Origin: an uncultured bacterium
GTDB lineage: Bacteria > Macinerneyibacteriota > Macinerneyibacteria > Macinerneyibacteriales > DSCS01
DNA: 64,000 nt
NCBI GenBank assembly: GCA_964548195.1
Contig: CAZJQC010000002.1
Location: 1-64,000 of the forward strand
Reading direction: 5' to 3'
This document shows positions 38,167-46,521 of this stretch, piece by piece; the stretch's first letter is position 1, and each line of letters begins with the position of its first letter. The position numbers and the translations under genes are program-made. The notes below the pieces were generated by a model. That model ran no database searches and was not told the origin of the DNA. It saw only the letters and a list, made by a program, of their open reading frames with translations.

Positions 38167-38894
38167 AGTATCTTTTCCATAGCCAAAGCCTTATCCACAA
38201 GCACGGCAAGCTGCTCCAGGTTTATGGTCTGGCCGGCATCCGACAGGCTTTTCGCGGGATATATATGTGTCTCGATCAGCAGCCCGTCCGCACCGGCCGC
38301 GATCCCGGACAAGGCCGCCCTTACAACGCGGTCGGAACGTCCCGTGGCATGCGACGGGTCCACGATCACCGGAAAACCCGTACGCTCCTGTATCTCCATT
38401 ACGGATGTGATGTCAAGCGAGAACCTTGAATGTTGTTGAAAAGTCCTCACTCCCCTTTCACATATGATTATGTCGCTATTGCCCTCAACGGTAAGATATT
38501 CTACCGAATACATCAGCTCATCTACCGTGTTCATGAAACCGCGTTTTAACAAGACCGTTTTGCCGGTGCGGCCCACTTCCCTCAGCAGCACACCGTTCTG
38601 CATATTTCTGGCACCGATCTGTATCACATCGATGTTTTTCGAAAACAGATCTATATCTCTGCAGTCTGTTATCTCGGACACGGATCTTAAACCGTGTCTT
38701 TTCGCGGCATCCCTGAGTATGAATATGCCGTCTTTTCCTATTCCGCTGAAGGAATGGGGGGATGTTCTCGGCTTAAAGGCGCCGCCGCGCAGATATCTAA
38801 GGCCGAGTTTTGAGACGGCGGCAGCTATCGCATCCATGTATTCCGGATTGTCAACGGAACAGGGGCCCGCGATTATCAGATCGGCAACACCCAT
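38163..38894 (-). CDS. aroF: DAHP synthase, class I-beta, catalytic barrel only
   Basis: IAGPCSV, RGGAFKPRTSP, QIGARNMQN, ICERG, VDPSHATG. Confidence 0.9.
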   Translation of the reverse strand: MGVADLIIAGPCSVDNPEYMDAIAAAVSKLGLRYLRGGAFKPRTSPHSFSGIGKDGIFILRDAAKRHGLRSVSEITDCRDIDLFSKNIDVIQIGARNMQNGVLLREVGRTGKTVLLKRGFMNTVDELMYSVEYLTVEGNSDIIICERGVRTFQQHSRFSLDITSVMEIQERTGFPVIVDPSHATGRSDRVVRAALSGIAAGADGLLIETHIYPAKSLSDAGQTINLEQLAVLVDKALAMEKIL

Positions 38895-38895
38895 A

Positions 38896-39234
38896 TCAGT
38901 CGTCCCTCAATCCGGCCGCGCCACCCAAATACACGAAATGGTTCGAGTCTTCCCCGTCCATCTGTATCAGAAAACGTATTGTCATCGGCAAGGCCCCTTC
39001 CACGTCCATCTCCTGCACGCACAGCAACGGCGTCCGTTCATAACCGGATCTGCGAATAAAAGCACACGGATACGCGGACCGTATGTCCCGGGTAGATGTG
39101 ACAATGAACGTCCTGATACACTCCGGCAGCAGCGTCACTTCATCCGAGATCGCTTTTAACAGCTTTTCCACTCCGTCGCGTATGGCGGCTGGAGTGTCTT
39201 CTTTTATGTCCACCGCGCCCCGTATCACTATCAT
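38896..39234 (-). CDS. aroH: chorismate mutase, AroH type
   Basis: IRGA, PLLCVQEMDVEGALPMTIR, VYLGGAAGLR. Confidence 0.88.
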   Translation of the reverse strand: MIVIRGAVDIKEDTPAAIRDGVEKLLKAISDEVTLLPECIRTFIVTSTRDIRSAYPCAFIRRSGYERTPLLCVQEMDVEGALPMTIRFLIQMDGEDSNHFVYLGGAAGLRDD

Positions 39235-39235
39235 A

Positions 39236-40540
39236 TTATCCGTTCACACGCCGTATGCGGGCTCCGATCGACCGCAGCCTTTCATCTATGTCCTCATATC
39301 CCCGGTCGATCTGCACAACATTATGTATGACCGACTCGCCTTCGGCTCCAAGCGCCGCTATAAGCAGGGATATGCCCGCCCTTATGTCCGGGCTGACGAC
39401 CTCATTGCCGTAAAGACGCGATGGGCCCACGACTACCACTCTGTGCGGATCGCATAAGACGATCTGCGCGCCCATATATTTAAGCTTGTCCACAAAGAAC
39501 ATCCTGCTTTCAAACATCTTTTCATGAACGATCACGCTGCCCGCAGCCTGAGTGGCCGCAACGATCATAACAGATGTCAGATCCGCCGGAAAAAGCGGCC
39601 AGGGGCCGTCACTGATCGTGGGTATGGCTCCTCTGAAATCCGGTATTATGTTCATGTCCTGAGGCCCGGGTATGACAAGGTCGTTCCCGGATCTTTCAAA
39701 CAAAAGCCCCAGCCTGGCAAACCCGCGTGAAATGACATTGAGCTCCCTCTCACCCTTGGCAAAAACATCCCTTATGGTCAGTGGGCTTTTTGTGACTGCG
39801 GCCAATCCCATGAAGCTTCCCGCTTCAATATAATCATAATTGATTGTGTATTCGCCGCCCGACAACCCGTCAATCCCGATGACCGTTATCCTGTTTGTGC
39901 CCGCTCCCGATATTTGCGCTCCGAGTGTTCCAAGAAACTCGCAAAGCCCCTGTACGTGAGGTTCACAAGCTGCGTTATAGATAATCGTCTCCCCGACGGC
40001 AAGGGCCGCAGCCATCACAGCGTTTTCAGTGGCTGTCACGGAAGGTTCGTCAAGTATGATCTCCTTGCCCTTCAGTCCGCCTTTCGGGGCTTTGAAGATT
40101 ATACGCTCCCCTATGTCATCAAATTCGATATCCGCGCCGAGTTCCCTCATCACATGAAGATGAGTGTCTATCCTGCGTCTTCCTATCTTGTCGCCACCCG
40201 GCAAAGGGCATATGACCTCCCCAAATCTCGAAAGTATGGGCCCTATCAGTGTCAACGAAGCCCGAAGCTGCTTAAACAGACCCTCGTTAAGCGTCACCGT
40301 CCCTATATGCGACGGATCCAGCTGAAATTCGTGATCCCCTGTATGGGATATATCAACGCCAAGATCGGTCAATATATCCATCATGACATTCACATCTTTT
40401 ATGTTCGGCACGTTTCTCAATATTACTTTACCGGATGCAAGCACACACGCGGCAAGTACCGGAAGGGCTTCGTTCTTATTCCCGGCCGGTTTAAGGGCCC
40501 CGGAGAGCGAGTGTCCGCCTTCAACAATAAAACTTGACAT
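39236..40540 (-). CDS. murA: UDP-N-acetylglucosamine 1-carboxyvinyltransferase (Asp-type)
   Basis: GNKNEALP, LRAS, PGGDKIGRR, SVTATEN, FESR, DIRAG, IDRGYE. Confidence 0.96.
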   Translation of the reverse strand: MSSFIVEGGHSLSGALKPAGNKNEALPVLAACVLASGKVILRNVPNIKDVNVMMDILTDLGVDISHTGDHEFQLDPSHIGTVTLNEGLFKQLRASLTLIGPILSRFGEVICPLPGGDKIGRRRIDTHLHVMRELGADIEFDDIGERIIFKAPKGGLKGKEIILDEPSVTATENAVMAAALAVGETIIYNAACEPHVQGLCEFLGTLGAQISGAGTNRITVIGIDGLSGGEYTINYDYIEAGSFMGLAAVTKSPLTIRDVFAKGERELNVISRGFARLGLLFERSGNDLVIPGPQDMNIIPDFRGAIPTISDGPWPLFPADLTSVMIVAATQAAGSVIVHEKMFESRMFFVDKLKYMGAQIVLCDPHRVVVVGPSRLYGNEVVSPDIRAGISLLIAALGAEGESVIHNVVQIDRGYEDIDERLRSIGARIRRVNG

Positions 40541-40551
40541 ATTTTCCTCGA

Positions 40552-40731
40552 TCAGATCGAATCGATCTTTTTGATTTTTTCTATTTCGCCGTTCAGCTGC
40601 AGCACAGAATCCTTGATGTTCGTCAGGTTCCGCACAAGCAGATTCACATCCCTTTTTAAATATTCCATCCTTTCATTCAGACGCGCCCCCATCTCATCCA
40701 TCATCTCCGCCCCGGACATCTTAATCATCAT
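40552..40731 (-). CDS. 59-aa coiled-coil microprotein, absent from the ORF track
   Basis: Translated by hand: AGGAGG SD, then MMIKMSGAEMMDEMGARLNERMEYLKRDVNLLVRNLTNIKDSVLQLNGEIEKIKKIDSI*; fills the gap before murA. Confidence 0.75.
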   Translation of the reverse strand: MMIKMSGAEMMDEMGARLNERMEYLKRDVNLLVRNLTNIKDSVLQLNGEIEKIKKIDSI

Positions 40732-41671
40732 TTACCTCCTCAAACATATTTATGTCGATCATTGAAATATCTTCAAGATATTCCTTAATATGGTATTCGT
40801 TTTTCATTTTTTCCAGCTTCTTCAGCGATGTTGAAATGGCTTCCGCGGCCTTCTCTATCCGCTCTATGTTCTTTTGGACGACATCGTTTGCCTGTTCGCC
40901 GGCGAGCTCGTTCCTTATAAAATACAATGCCCCCTTTATTACCGCCAGCGGGTTGTTTATCTCATGGTTTATTCCCACTATAAGCTGGCTGATCATCTTT
41001 ATCTTTTCAGTGTTTTGGGCAAATATATTGACCGCTCCTATTTTAGGCTCAAATAATATATTCAAGTCATCCCTGTTTTCATTTATTTGCATGTATTTTC
41101 GTTTTTCAAAAGCGGCGGATATCATAAAAGCCAGAATAAAAGCCAATTGCCTTTCGGTTTTCCTGAGTTTCACACCCGATTTCAGTATCAAGGCAAAGAA
41201 ACCAATAATAATGTTTTCGAGAAATACGGGTATTACCATGATGTCTTTTCCGTCCTCGACAAATGTGGAACAGCTGTTGGCCTCCAGTTCGTCCAAACGG
41301 GAATTTATGATCATGTCCTTAAGCTTTTTCATCCGTGTTTCGGTCCAGCCGTCGGGAAGCGCATTGTGTTCAACACGTTCGTTGTCGGCATACATCACCG
41401 AGTCAGCCGGAAACATGGCATTCAGGGAATTGAGTATAAAAGCTATGTCCAGCGGCGAACCTTCCCGCGGAACACGGAACAGATGCTGATAGATAAGCAC
41501 CATCCTGGAGGTTATCGTATTGAAGGATTTTACCCCCCGCATCGATGACATCATCAGATCGACCAATTCCGAACTATCCAGCATGTCTATGTCAACAGGC
41601 TCTTCGAGAAATCCGTTTGCCGACATCTCGCGTGCGATCTGCTTCAGGCGTTCATTCATTCTCCCGAACAC
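40721..41671 (-). CDS. GAF-like + HisKA (H-box only) protein lacking an ATPase domain
   Basis: MVIPVFLENIIIGFF GAF-like strand; INHEINNPLAVI H-box; ends ~75 aa later with no N/G boxes; start may be ATG 41659. Confidence 0.75.
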   Translation of the reverse strand: MFGRMNERLKQIAREMSANGFLEEPVDIDMLDSSELVDLMMSSMRGVKSFNTITSRMVLIYQHLFRVPREGSPLDIAFILNSLNAMFPADSVMYADNERVEHNALPDGWTETRMKKLKDMIINSRLDELEANSCSTFVEDGKDIMVIPVFLENIIIGFFALILKSGVKLRKTERQLAFILAFMISAAFEKRKYMQINENRDDLNILFEPKIGAVNIFAQNTEKIKMISQLIVGINHEINNPLAVIKGALYFIRNELAGEQANDVVQKNIERIEKAAEAISTSLKKLEKMKNEYHIKEYLEDISMIDINMFEEVNDD

Positions 41672-42876
41672 TCCCCCTCAAATCTCAATTTTCCGGCCAT
41701 ATAGTCACATATCAGTTCAGCGATGGCTCTTTTACTCTTCAGTCCGGTATTGTATGTGCCTTTTTCATCCACAAAAAGGCATCTGTTGTCGTCCGATCCG
41801 AACCCTGCATCTGTCTCCGATATATTATTGGCGACGATCATCTTAAAACCTTTTTTATGCAATTTTGCCCTGGCATTCTTCAACAATTCCTCGGATTCCG
41901 CCGCAAACCCTATGATATCGACATCGTACGAATCTCTGACGGACATGGCAATATCCCTTGTCCGTTCGGTGCGTATGACAAGTCCGGCATCGCCCTTCTT
42001 TATCTTGGCGTCTGAAAAAACATCGGGCCTGTAGTCGGACACGGCCGCCGCCATGACAATAAAATCATATCCCCCTTTGTCGAGAAGCGCCTTAACCGAC
42101 GCCCACATCGCCTCGGACGTGGATACCGCAGCCTGATATACGACATCTGATTTCACTGAGCCCTCGCCGCTCACAAGCGAGACATCGGCGCCTCTGCGCC
42201 AGGCGGCCTCGGCGATGCTCACGCCCATTTTCCCTGACGACCGGTTCGTGATATAGCGTACAGGGTCTATCAGTTCCTTTGTCGCGCCGGCAGTGACCAG
42301 TATCCGTTTTCCCCGAAGGTCGTCGGGAGACAGATATCTGTCGCATTGTTTCTTTATATATTCAGGTTCGGGCAGACGCCCTCTTCCGTCAACCCCGCAG
42401 GCAAGTTCGCCTTTATCCGGTTCAAAGACATGGTAGCCGAACGAGGCAAGCCTTTGCATGTTCATGGATGTGGCGGGATTTTCATACATATTGACATTCA
42501 TGGCGGGAAATATCAGCTTGGGGGTGCCGGGTTTTAATGCCATGACTGTAGTGGTAAGTACATCATCGGCGATGCCCGAGGCTATTTTGCCTATGAAGTT
42601 CGCAGTAGCGGGCGCGCACACAAACAAATCGGTCTGATCGGCAAGAGAAATATGTTCCATGGTGCCATATGATGCCGCCGCCTTTTCAAAGGTGTCGCAG
42701 ACCACCGGATTTCCGGTGAGGGTCTCAAATGTCAGCGGGGCGACAAATCTCATTGCATTGGCAGTCATCACGGCTATGACATTATAACCGGCCTTTACCA
42801 GGAGTCTCACCAGAGAGGCGGTCTTATAGACGGCTATTCCTCCGGTGATACCGACGAGAACAGTCTTTTTTTTCAT
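41656..42876 (-). CDS. coaBC: bifunctional phosphopantothenoylcysteine decarboxylase/synthetase
   Basis: GITGGIAVYK, PAMNVNM, LACG, TAGATKELIDPVRYITNRSSGKMG, AAVSD, GFAAE. Confidence 0.97.
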   Translation of the reverse strand: MKKKTVLVGITGGIAVYKTASLVRLLVKAGYNVIAVMTANAMRFVAPLTFETLTGNPVVCDTFEKAAASYGTMEHISLADQTDLFVCAPATANFIGKIASGIADDVLTTTVMALKPGTPKLIFPAMNVNMYENPATSMNMQRLASFGYHVFEPDKGELACGVDGRGRLPEPEYIKKQCDRYLSPDDLRGKRILVTAGATKELIDPVRYITNRSSGKMGVSIAEAAWRRGADVSLVSGEGSVKSDVVYQAAVSTSEAMWASVKALLDKGGYDFIVMAAAVSDYRPDVFSDAKIKKGDAGLVIRTERTRDIAMSVRDSYDVDIIGFAAESEELLKNARAKLHKKGFKMIVANNISETDAGFGSDDNRCLFVDEKGTYNTGLKSKRAIAELICDYMAGKLRFEGECSGE

Positions 42877-44621
42877 CTTTTACCTCCCGAGGGCGTGTCA
42901 TAATAACACATGCCGAAGCGGTAAGCGTTGTCCTCAGCCTTAAACATCAGCACAGCGTAATTACGTCCCAGCCTTTTGTTACTATACCTTTTCGGCAGTT
43001 CAATTTCAAGTGTTCCTTTTGCGGGAACGGTTTCTTCCTTAAAAGCGCATTCGGGCCACTGACCGGGGTAAAAAGAGACGTCTTCTATGCGGCAGGACGC
43101 ATCGGAGATGTTTTGAATGGAAAACAGTATCTTGTTTCCATCAGTACGCGAACTCACTTTCAACGGGAACCCGCCGTCGATTTTCGACATTATGTGCCCC
43201 GCGGCGAACAGCCACTCCTCCGAGTAATGAGGTAGTATTCTTCCGTTAAAGGTCCTTATCAGGTCATGCAGGAATATGCCGGCAAAGTTGCCGTTCTCAG
43301 CCAGCACATCGATATTGGCATCATATCTGCGTATCATCTCTTCAGGGCCTGAAAAGTCGCCATCTTCAGCATCATTAAGGACTACATCCGCTTCCTGCCC
43401 CGCGACTATCGGCAAGCCCCGCACATCGTCCAGGTAATCTCGCCAGCTTTCCATCATGGAATCATGTTCCCGGTATGTGGCTTCATAGAACATCACAAAT
43501 ATCAGATCCGCGCCGGCATCATTGAACATTATCGGATCCTGCCCGTGTGAGTGCCCCTGATCCCATCCGAGAGTAAAGACCCAGATCGGTTTTTTCACCG
43601 ATTTTCTGACAGTCTTTATGACACGAGCGCTTTTATAGGCCCGGTAGTATCGCCATTTTTCCCTCAGATATGGTATGTCTCCCGCTCTCACATGAGAGCC
43701 CAGGAAAAACATCTTTTCCTTGTTTCCCGTGCCATGCACAGCGATGCCGAAAAGTTCGGAAAACTCTTCCCAGTTTTCGAACCCTCCCGATCCGGCACGT
43801 ATATAGTCGAGACCTATCCAGTCCAGCCCCTCATCCCCGTCCATCTCCCTCGCGAGAGCGACGATGTCAGCTATCCTTGAACTGTCGTCGATAGATACAA
43901 AACTGTCTCTGAACAACCTTTCCCCCTCGTTGTCAACGGTACGAGAAAACTCATACCCGTCAAGGTCGCCCGTTTGGCCTCCGAAACAGAGAAACGCTCC
44001 TAAATAGCCTCCCGTAAGATAACCCGGGAATCTGCCGGCAAACCAGCGCCACGAGTCATACGGAGCTTTTATCCAGGGAGAGCCGCTGGATACCGAGGGA
44101 TCCCGTGTGTTTGTCTGCCCTGTCAAAAAAAAGATACCGTCGAAACCGACGAAATCCATCCATCTTTTTATATTGCCGAACGAAGTCTCGCTTTCATTGA
44201 GAAAATCAGTTTTCAGGTTTGAATAACTGCCACCGTTTTCAACAGTCCATATCTTGTACGGCCCGCCGCTCAGATCGTTTTGCCGGCCCGCAAAATAGAT
44301 CGTCCTGTATTCCGGCTCGCCCCCTTCTCTGTGAAAACGGACCTCATATTTGCCGACAGGCGGCTTGAAACCCATGGGCACAAACACCTTATAAAGCCCA
44401 TTCTCCGTCTCTCTGAAATAAAACTTGTCGGTATCCGGAAAAGGCCTGAAAAGGCTGCCTTCAAAATATAATTCGGCATGATCAAATCTTTCATCCGTTA
44501 CGATGACCGGGATATCGGCTCTGTCATATATCGGTTTATCAAAAAAAATCGACCCGAAAACCGGGTCGACCAGGATAAAGATCAATATCGCCCGAAAAAT
44601 GGCTTTATTTCTCTTCAACAT
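42873..44621 (-). CDS. exported protein, putative glycoside-hydrolase-like TIM barrel
   Basis: N-terminal hydrophobic signal; LDYIR and HGQDP...VMFY motifs reminiscent of the GHL10/DUF4015-like clan; aromatic-rich. Confidence 0.5.
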   Translation of the reverse strand: MLKRNKAIFRAILIFILVDPVFGSIFFDKPIYDRADIPVIVTDERFDHAELYFEGSLFRPFPDTDKFYFRETENGLYKVFVPMGFKPPVGKYEVRFHREGGEPEYRTIYFAGRQNDLSGGPYKIWTVENGGSYSNLKTDFLNESETSFGNIKRWMDFVGFDGIFFLTGQTNTRDPSVSSGSPWIKAPYDSWRWFAGRFPGYLTGGYLGAFLCFGGQTGDLDGYEFSRTVDNEGERLFRDSFVSIDDSSRIADIVALAREMDGDEGLDWIGLDYIRAGSGGFENWEEFSELFGIAVHGTGNKEKMFFLGSHVRAGDIPYLREKWRYYRAYKSARVIKTVRKSVKKPIWVFTLGWDQGHSHGQDPIMFNDAGADLIFVMFYEATYREHDSMMESWRDYLDDVRGLPIVAGQEADVVLNDAEDGDFSGPEEMIRRYDANIDVLAENGNFAGIFLHDLIRTFNGRILPHYSEEWLFAAGHIMSKIDGGFPLKVSSRTDGNKILFSIQNISDASCRIEDVSFYPGQWPECAFKEETVPAKGTLEIELPKRYSNKRLGRNYAVLMFKAEDNAYRFGMCYYDTPSGGKR

Positions 44622-44823
44622 TGGTGTTATTCCCTGATGGCAGTTTCGAGTCGGTTTTTATACTTTCCCTGATCTCATCGAATTCACGCCCCAGATTGAC
44701 CAGGTCCTGCTCAATGTGAGTAATATCCTGCTCGATCATGGTTATATCCCTTATAAGGTACTCAAGGCGCTCCTGGAACTCCGTATTGTTCTTAATAAGT
44801 CTGTTTTTCAGTTCCTTTTTCAT
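44605..44823 (-). CDS. 72-aa coiled-coil microprotein
   Basis: SD GGGAGG then MKKELKNRL...ERLEYLIRD...; heptad pattern. Confidence 0.7.
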   Translation of the reverse strand: MKKELKNRLIKNNTEFQERLEYLIRDITMIEQDITHIEQDLVNLGREFDEIRESIKTDSKLPSGNNTNVEEK

Positions 44824-44824
44824 G

Positions 44825-45508
44825 TCAACCTCCCAGACAATCAAGTATTATCCTGTCGATCACAGCCGGTCTGACTCTGTCAATATTTATGATGATATCA
44901 TAGAGTTCCGGAGAGTCAACCTTCTTGCCGTAAAAATAGTCTATATAATCGTGTCTTCTTTTCTCAATTTTTTTTATCCTGTCAGCCGCATCCTGGCTGC
45001 TCAGCCCTTCGCGCGACATGACACGGCTTATTTTCATACCCTCTTCCCCCTCGAATCTTATGTTAAGCACATCCGGGCGGTCCTTCAGTATTATCTGAGC
45101 CCCACGCCCTATTATGATCACATTGTCTTTTTCATAAATATCGTTGATGACTCTTTTCATAAGTTCAAGATAGGAAGTTTTGCTGCGTCCGGTTTCCGGC
45201 TGGTCGTATTCTCCGGAAGCCGGGAAAAAAAGCGGAAAAAACACGGGGGCGTCAAGTTGCGAGCCTGTGACCATGACCGATGACCCTTCCGTTATCGTAT
45301 TCAGTATTTCACTCAGGAATATCTTGAATGAACTGAATGTGTCCATGGAATAGATGTCCCTTACCTTATCAATGGGCTGGCCGATGCTCTTTGCGACCTC
45401 GGACAATATTTCCTGGGAAAACACGTCATAACCGTTCTTTTCAGCAAACTCGTTCATATGCTCTTCGATATACAGGCCATAAGCCCTTGAAACAGTTATT
45501 ACCGCCAT
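44825..45508 (-). CDS. cytidylate kinase-like family protein
   Basis: VITVSRAYG, VIIIGRGAQIIL, YDIIIN. Confidence 0.85.
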   Translation of the reverse strand: MAVITVSRAYGLYIEEHMNEFAEKNGYDVFSQEILSEVAKSIGQPIDKVRDIYSMDTFSSFKIFLSEILNTITEGSSVMVTGSQLDAPVFFPLFFPASGEYDQPETGRSKTSYLELMKRVINDIYEKDNVIIIGRGAQIILKDRPDVLNIRFEGEEGMKISRVMSREGLSSQDAADRIKKIEKRRHDYIDYFYGKKVDSPELYDIIINIDRVRPAVIDRIILDCLGG

Positions 45509-45512
45509 ATTG

Positions 45513-46520
45513 TCACCTTTCCGCGGTGGACTTTCCCGCAAGCTGTCCGCATGCCGCAGATATATCCCCGCCTTTGCTGTCTCTTACACTGTAAAACACG
45601 CCGGAATTCTTGAACAGCGCGATAAACTCCTCGGTCTCATCTCTTTCCGCCCTCTGAAAATCGGCGGCCGGGTGTTCGTTATAAGGTATGAAATTGATCT
45701 TGGCCCCGGTTCTCCTGGAAATATCTATCAGCCTTGCCGCCTCAAGACGGTTCATGTTCACACCCTTCAGGAGCACATATTCAAGTGTGATGTCTCCGTT
45801 CACGGTACGTGCATAGTGCTGAACAGCCTCCGTCACGTCCGACAAGGGATACACACGGTTTATGGGTATTATGGATGAACGCACATGGTCCAGCGTACTG
45901 TGCAGCGACCAGGAAAGTCCAAACTGTTTTTTCATCGCGGCCAGCCCGTAAATACCCTCGGGTATTCCAACCGTTGAGACCGTTATCCGTCTGGCGCCGA
46001 AAGACATATGCTTGCTGTCATTCAGGAAAAAAAGCGCTTTTTTCAGGTTCTCAAAATTATCCAGCGGTTCGCCCATGCCCATGAAGACTATATTCGTCAC
46101 ATCGTCAAAAAAAATGATCTGCCCTATTATCTCAGATACCTTCAGATTGCGGGAAAAACCCATCGCGCCGGTCGCGCAGAACGAACAGTTCATCCGGCAG
46201 CCGGCCTGGGTGGAAACGCACAATGTCCGCCTCTTGTCATAGACCATGTCAACCGTCTCCACAGACTTGCCGTCCTCCGTCCCGAAAAGTATTTTTCGGG
46301 TACTGCCGTCGGCAGAGACACTTTCGGAAAGAGGCGATAAGGCAGCGACCGCCCACTTGTCCGCAAGGGCGTTTCGCATGGAAAGTGACATGTCGGTCAT
46401 GCGGGAAAAATCATCAGTGTTTTTCCTGAACACCCACCGCATGACCTGCGCGTAGCGGTATCCGCGGTCGAGGGAAGCCTTAAATCCTTCCGGATCATCT
46501 AAAATATTCTTTTTTTTCAT
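45513..46520 (-). CDS. rlmN: 23S rRNA m2A2503/tRNA m2A37 methyltransferase RlmN
   Basis: CVSTQAGCRMNCSFCATG, MGMGEP, ITLEYVLL, AACGQL. Confidence 0.93.
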   Translation of the reverse strand: MKKKNILDDPEGFKASLDRGYRYAQVMRWVFRKNTDDFSRMTDMSLSMRNALADKWAVAALSPLSESVSADGSTRKILFGTEDGKSVETVDMVYDKRRTLCVSTQAGCRMNCSFCATGAMGFSRNLKVSEIIGQIIFFDDVTNIVFMGMGEPLDNFENLKKALFFLNDSKHMSFGARRITVSTVGIPEGIYGLAAMKKQFGLSWSLHSTLDHVRSSIIPINRVYPLSDVTEAVQHYARTVNGDITLEYVLLKGVNMNRLEAARLIDISRRTGAKINFIPYNEHPAADFQRAERDETEEFIALFKNSGVFYSVRDSKGGDISAACGQLAGKSTAER

Positions 46521-46521
46521 A

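Noticed and set aside
38464..39159. 231-aa + strand ORF, and similar long antisense ORFs (2402-3070, 40752-41489, 57297-57956)
   Set aside because: They fully overlap well-supported genes on the opposite strand and have no recognisable domains.
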